Assembly (NCBI GenBank): GCA_003056285.1
Contig: NDWU01000002.1
Coordinates: 70,839-94,838 of the forward strand
Reading direction: 5' to 3'
DNA from: Candidatus Terraquivivens tikiterensis
GTDB taxonomy: Archaea > Thermoproteota > Nitrososphaeria_A > Caldarchaeales > Wolframiiraptoraceae
Length of the DNA stretch: 24,000 bases
Positions 21,448-24,000 of the stretch are shown here, one piece after another. Both the position numbers and the translations under genes were made by a program. The notes under the pieces are model-generated. The model did not search any database. It was not told the DNA's origin and was given only the letters and a program-made list of their open reading frames with translations. The first letter of the stretch is position 1. Each line of letters opens with the position of its first letter.

Positions 21448-24000
21448 TCAAGGATTTATCTCGACGAAGATCCCAGGTCTGAGCGGTAGTGCATGCCTAG
21501 ACTTCCCCATGGGGTCGTATATCCCTGGCTCGTCCTCAGCCCAGATATGGAAAGGGCACCCGATCTCCGACTCTAGGAAACTCTTGGCCTCATCGTATAC
21601 CTTCTTCTCTTGCGAGGCTAACTCGAGCAAGACATTCCTGGAGATTTCAGACGGGAACGAGGAGATATGCTCCACGATTTTTTTGACGATGGAAGGTATC
21701 TCTTTTCTCTTATCAGGAAAAACCTTCAAAGATTCCTTGATCACTATGCCCGGCTCCTTCATGACGTCCTTTAAATCAAAGCCCAGTATGATGGATAGCA
21801 CCTTCAGCTTCCATGCCGAAGAGGTATAGACGTGAGCCCTGATGGGTTTCCTTTCGGTGACCTCTATTATTTCCCTCAGGTCCCCCAGCAACCTAGCTAT
21901 CAGCTCCTCCGACGCCTCGGCTAGTTCGTCAACCTCTTCCGGACGGTAATCGGGCCACCTGGCAAGGGATACGAAGCCGCCATTGCCTAGCTTGGACCAG
22001 GCCTCTTCAGCGGTGAAGGGCGCGAATGGTGCCAGTAGCCTTACCCATGTATCCAAGAAGGTTAGCACGGAGCGCGTTAGCTTTTTCCTTCTCCTGACGT
22101 ACCATTTCCAGTCATTGTACATCCCGTAAAGGGCTTCGTGACATGCAGTCCTAGTCTTTAGGGATTCCATAGCATCCGTCACGACCTTCACCCTCTTGAC
22201 CATCTTGCTGATGAGCCATCTTTCCAGCCTATCCTCACACGCCTCCAACTCCGAAGACGTGGCTTCTTCCACTATTTTTAGGAAAAGATCCAGCATCCTC
22301 CTAGTCTCTTGAGCGTTCTTATCCCTCCAATCAGGGTCATCCATGCCTTCCGCAGCCAGAAGTAGTGTGCATCTTGTAGCGTCTACCCCGTACTTCGCCA
22401 AGGCCGCTTTTATCGGTATCATGTTACCCTTGCTTTTGCTCATCTTCTCCCCTTCGACCGTTACCATGCCGTTGACGCCGATGCACCTAGGCCAGAGGCC
22501 CTCGTCGAAAAGGGCAACATGGTGGAAAATGTAGAACGTCAGATGGTTTGGTACGAGCTCCTTCGCGGATATCCTACAATCCACGGGATACCAGTAAAGG
22601 AATTCGTCCCTCATGCTTTCCAGTACGCTTTTGGGAATGCCGGTTTCTTTTGAAACCTTCTCCGGATCCCCAACGCCTAGGAAAACGTAATCAAAAACTT
22701 CTAACGTGAGCTGATCGGGTTTAACAGTTCCGTCATTCATGTACTTGCTTATAGTGTACAGGGCAGGGTATATCGTCGAATCGCTCAACGTTTCTACTAT
22801 CCACGATCTGTCCCAAGGTAGCGGGGTCCCCAACCCAGTCTTCCTCGTGCATGCCCAGTCACGGAGCCAGTCAACGACGTTCAAGAACCATTGCCTTGCC
22901 TCCTCGGGGAATATGTTCATTTTCATTATCTGCATCCTTACCTTCTTCTTCCACTCTGGGTCAGAGTACGTGAGGAACCATTGGTCTTTCACGACCTTTA
23001 CCAAACACTCGCTACCGCAACGACAAACGACTTTGCTTGGCAGGTCATACATCACGTCCCCTAAGCCCGACGAAATGAGCCTAGCTTTGACGGCATCCCT
23101 CGCTACCCTTACGGGTAAGCCCGAGTACTCGCCGCAGTTATTTTTCATTATACCTTCATGAAACTCTTTGGAGTACACCTCCCTGGTTGCCTCTTCCAAC
23201 CTCTCATCATCTTGCCCCGATATGCCCATCCTATTCACGACCTCCACCGCAGGAAAGTCTCCGTATCCTGGGACGCTTATTATGGATATAGGCCTCAGCC
23301 CTTTAAGAAGCTCGGCATACATGCTCATGCCTTCTGTTATATTCCTTTGTAGTTCCAGTAGCGCCGCGTAATCGTAAGGTGCATGGGCCGGTACGCTGAA
23401 CACCACGCCGGATACGACGTTTGGGTCAACGAAGCCCGCGGGGAGTATGGGCAGCTCTGAGCCAGTAATCGGAGCCTTACATTTCTTGCCCATGAGTTCT
23501 TTGGCATTAATCGGTCTCAGAATGTTGATCCCATGTTTTTGCTCCATTAACTTCTCCGCCGCTTTTCTGCTCACCAAAATCCTCTTGCCATAGTACTCGA
23601 CTAGCACGTACTCCGCGTACGGGTTGAGCCAGACGTTCGTAGCGCCGAATACCGTTTCTGGCCTTAGCGTACCGGCTGCCAGGTAAAAGCCATCGCATTC
23701 AAAAAACACGAGCGTATACTCTTCTGGGACTATGCCCTCGCCGACCAACCTATCGTGGTCGCCCGTCGCGCTTTGGCAAGCCGGACACCACACAACGGGG
23801 TGCTCGCCCATGCTGACGAAGCCTTTTTCGCGTAACCTCAGATACTGCCATTGGATGAACTTGCTATAGTAAGGGTGCAAATCCGTCGTATAAAACTCCC
23901 TCCTCCAGTCGACGGAAAAACCCATGGCATCGACGACCTTTCTATTCTCACCCGTGTAGTATTTGCATATAAAGGCAGGGTCCGTGAAGCGCGGTATCAA
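21448..24000 (-). CDS. leuS: Leucyl-tRNA synthetase, archaeal type (N-terminus beyond window end)
   Basis: KMSKSKGN motif, a CP1 editing-domain region, a Zn-knuckle-like WCPACQSATGDHD, and the long archaeal C-terminal extension. The frame is open to nt 24000. Confidence 0.95.
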   Translation of the reverse strand: MIPRFTDPAFICKYYTGENRKVVDAMGFSVDWRREFYTTDLHPYYSKFIQWQYLRLREKGFVSMGEHPVVWCPACQSATGDHDRLVGEGIVPEEYTLVFFECDGFYLAAGTLRPETVFGATNVWLNPYAEYVLVEYYGKRILVSRKAAEKLMEQKHGINILRPINAKELMGKKCKAPITGSELPILPAGFVDPNVVSGVVFSVPAHAPYDYAALLELQRNITEGMSMYAELLKGLRPISIISVPGYGDFPAVEVVNRMGISGQDDERLEEATREVYSKEFHEGIMKNNCGEYSGLPVRVARDAVKARLISSGLGDVMYDLPSKVVCRCGSECLVKVVKDQWFLTYSDPEWKKKVRMQIMKMNIFPEEARQWFLNVVDWLRDWACTRKTGLGTPLPWDRSWIVETLSDSTIYPALYTISKYMNDGTVKPDQLTLEVFDYVFLGVGDPEKVSKETGIPKSVLESMRDEFLYWYPVDCRISAKELVPNHLTFYIFHHVALFDEGLWPRCIGVNGMVTVEGEKMSKSKGNMIPIKAALAKYGVDATRCTLLLAAEGMDDPDWRDKNAQETRRMLDLFLKIVEEATSSELEACEDRLERWLISKMVKRVKVVTDAMESLKTRTACHEALYGMYNDWKWYVRRRKKLTRSVLTFLDTWVRLLAPFAPFTAEEAWSKLGNGGFVSLARWPDYRPEEVDELAEASEELIARLLGDLREIIEVTERKPIRAHVYTSSAWKLKVLSIILGFDLKDVMKEPGIVIKESLKVFPDKRKEIPSIVKKIVEHISSFPSEISRNVLLELASQEKKVYDEAKSFLESEIGCPFHIWAEDEPGIYDPMGKSRHALPLRPGIFVEINP

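Noticed and set aside
1-24000. CRISPR arrays, rRNA genes, additional tRNAs
   Set aside because: No regularly spaced direct repeats and no rRNA-like conserved blocks were seen on either strand. The only cloverleaf-compatible sequence is tRNA-Tyr at 9622-9742.

Overview
This is an archaeal chromosomal segment. The evidence is an intron-containing tRNA-Tyr with a C1-G72 pair, TATA-box promoters about 25-35 nt upstream of start codons, an archaeal-type LeuRS, and a HerA/NurA pair. It mixes core and accessory genes. From left to right: (i) a tandem pair of corrinoid-dependent methyltransferase homologs, an MtmB-family protein with His where pyrrolysine sits, followed 1 nt later by an MtaB-family protein with all three Zn ligands. 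(ii) A four-gene BMP-family ABC importer on the minus strand. (iii) A 1-pyrroline-5-carboxylate-type aldehyde dehydrogenase. (iv) A 550-bp gene-poor stretch and tRNA-Tyr(GUA) carrying a 44-nt intron. (v) An AT-rich accessory islet in which an RHH/PIN (vapBC-like) toxin-antitoxin pair has been split by a TnpB-only IS200/IS605-family element with an intact RuvC triad and a GC-rich 3' end. (vi) A PFL2/glycerol-dehydratase-type glycyl radical enzyme with its radical-SAM activase, both with atypical codon usage, next to a GldA-like polyol dehydrogenase. (vii) An overlapping HerA-like ATPase / NurA-like nuclease pair followed by an endonuclease-III-like Fe-S protein that appears to lack the catalytic Asp, with no mre11/rad50 nearby. 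(viii) A DUF434/NYN-like gene coupled to a partial leuS. Two diverged copies of a roughly 190-nt element, in direct orientation, bracket the 12.2-20.6 kb block and look like relic 3' ends of another tnpB/omega-RNA family. All functional calls rest on hand alignment to remembered family sequences and motifs; no database search was possible.
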